A DNA stretch of 64,000 nt from Eledone cirrhosa (lineage: Eukaryota), in assembly GCA_964016885.1 (NCBI GenBank), contig OZ024742.1, positions 297,600,001 to 297,664,000 on the forward strand, in the 5' to 3' direction. The position numbers and the translations under genes were made by a program. A model generated the notes under the pieces. It saw only the letters and a program-made list of their open reading frames with translations, was not told where the DNA came from and made no database searches. Shown here piece by piece: positions 62,681-64,000 of the stretch. Every line of letters begins with the position of its first letter. The first letter of the stretch is position 1.

Positions 62681-64000
62681 TGTGTATGCTAAATTGACAA
62701 GTCATTCGAAGAAATCCTAAAAGAAATATAAATTAAAAGGATTGGTATAAATTATACTCAGTATTTAAAATTTTTTTGCCGCATAATTAGAAAGAGAAAA
62801 GCTGTATCCATGACCTTTAATTTCTTTTCAGGGTCTCAAAGGGTGAAGGAAGAAAAGGGTGAAGTTGCCCTCAGATCAGAGATTTGGCTCAAATGCTTAT
62901 AGCAAAACGAATATTGCTTAAAGCACTCGAGGAACTAAGAAGAATTGACCATGATACTGGTACTTTGCCTTTCAAAAATTCGGCATCAATAAATAAAATT
63001 CACTTCAAGCACCTACAATATAATTGGCTGATCTATCAGATGTCAAGTGTGCTAGCTTATGAATAAACTGTCTAGCAGGCTGACTAATCAGAAATCTTGA
63101 TACATATGACCTATGCCTCATATGTTTACAGGAGGTATATCTATGTTTGCCTTAAGTATTCAAATTTCTGTTGATTTATATTGCTAAACATTGTCCTGAG
63201 CAAGCTGTCAGCTGATCAGTTAATCAGCTGAATATTAGATTCTGATGCAAAGAACAAAGAGTGTAATAATAACTATAACAATAATGATTTTGAAAATGAA
63301 AATAATTCTGATTCAAGTGATGATGACAAGAAGGGGAATTGGGGAGGGGATCACAGTACAGGATACTCCAATAAATGTACCAGGAACCCTGTATAGGAGC
63401 TACGACATGTTCAGGAGTTTGGTGATCAAAAGGTTAAGTGTGTGAAAGTATATTTAGTTTTACTGAATTTAAAAGTTGAAGTGTGTTCAGTTAAGAAGAA
63501 TAAATTTGCTTGAGTGAGTTGAAATTTACTGTCTGCACTGCATCATTGTTCAAACTGGTGATTCTTCTGTTTTCTCTTTTGTCTTTTTCTTTTTCCTTTC
63601 GATTTTTGTTTTGTTCTATTTTATTATCTCACTGTTCTTCACCTTTTACATTTTCCTTTTTCACTTCTTTACTCTGCTGTTGACATTTTTTAATTTCTTT
63701 ATGTGGAATGAAAGTTGTTGAAACATTAAAAAATGCCTTGCTACGCTTAATTGTTTTTCTATATCTTTTCCTATGGTCAATGTTATCTTACATCCCTCTT
63801 GGGTTTATAAAATAAAGTTCCAGTCAAGTACTTGAGAGAAATTAAATCAACTATACTACTGTTCCTTCAAATGTGTGGCCTTTTTGCTGCGTTAGAAATA
63901 ATGAATATAGTAGTAGATTGACAGAATCTTTAAAATGCAGATAGAATGATGTTGCAGTATTTGTTCTTATTTTTTACATTCTAAGTTTAAATCTTTCATC

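Noticed and set aside
62832-63396. Two phase-compatible putative exons (62832-62959 and 63239-63396) giving a short acidic peptide MLIAKRILLKALEELRR...SDSSDDD
   Set aside because: The second acceptor is weak, the product is short and low-complexity, and no homology is recognised; may be a transposase N-terminal remnant.

Overview
AT-rich, microsatellite-rich eukaryotic DNA made almost entirely of transposable elements. The repeat families look molluscan, probably octopus-like (inference only). No host protein-coding gene could be supported. The first 20 kb is a retroelement nest built on (TA)n tracts. It holds: (1) a near-intact Naiad-type Penelope-like element (PLE; RT plus C-terminal GIY-YIG) on the minus strand, with 708-bp direct pseudo-LTRs, a fold-back inverted pLTR, one in-frame TGA and three copies of a type I hammerhead ribozyme with a non-canonical U3-A8 core; (2) a decayed second Naiad-type PLE followed by a minimal hammerhead with a CCGAUGA core; (3) an uninterrupted RTE LINE ORF (APE-RT with a PHD-like finger), clipped at its very 5' end and sitting inside an inverted pair of GIY-YIG fragments from a third PLE family. 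The rest is a degraded CR1 LINE, RTE and RNase H-bearing LINE fossils, many tRNA-derived SINEs, TTAA-flanked MITEs, a U2 snRNA 5' fragment and simple repeats. Coordinates of decayed elements are approximate. All folds and alignments were done by eye.
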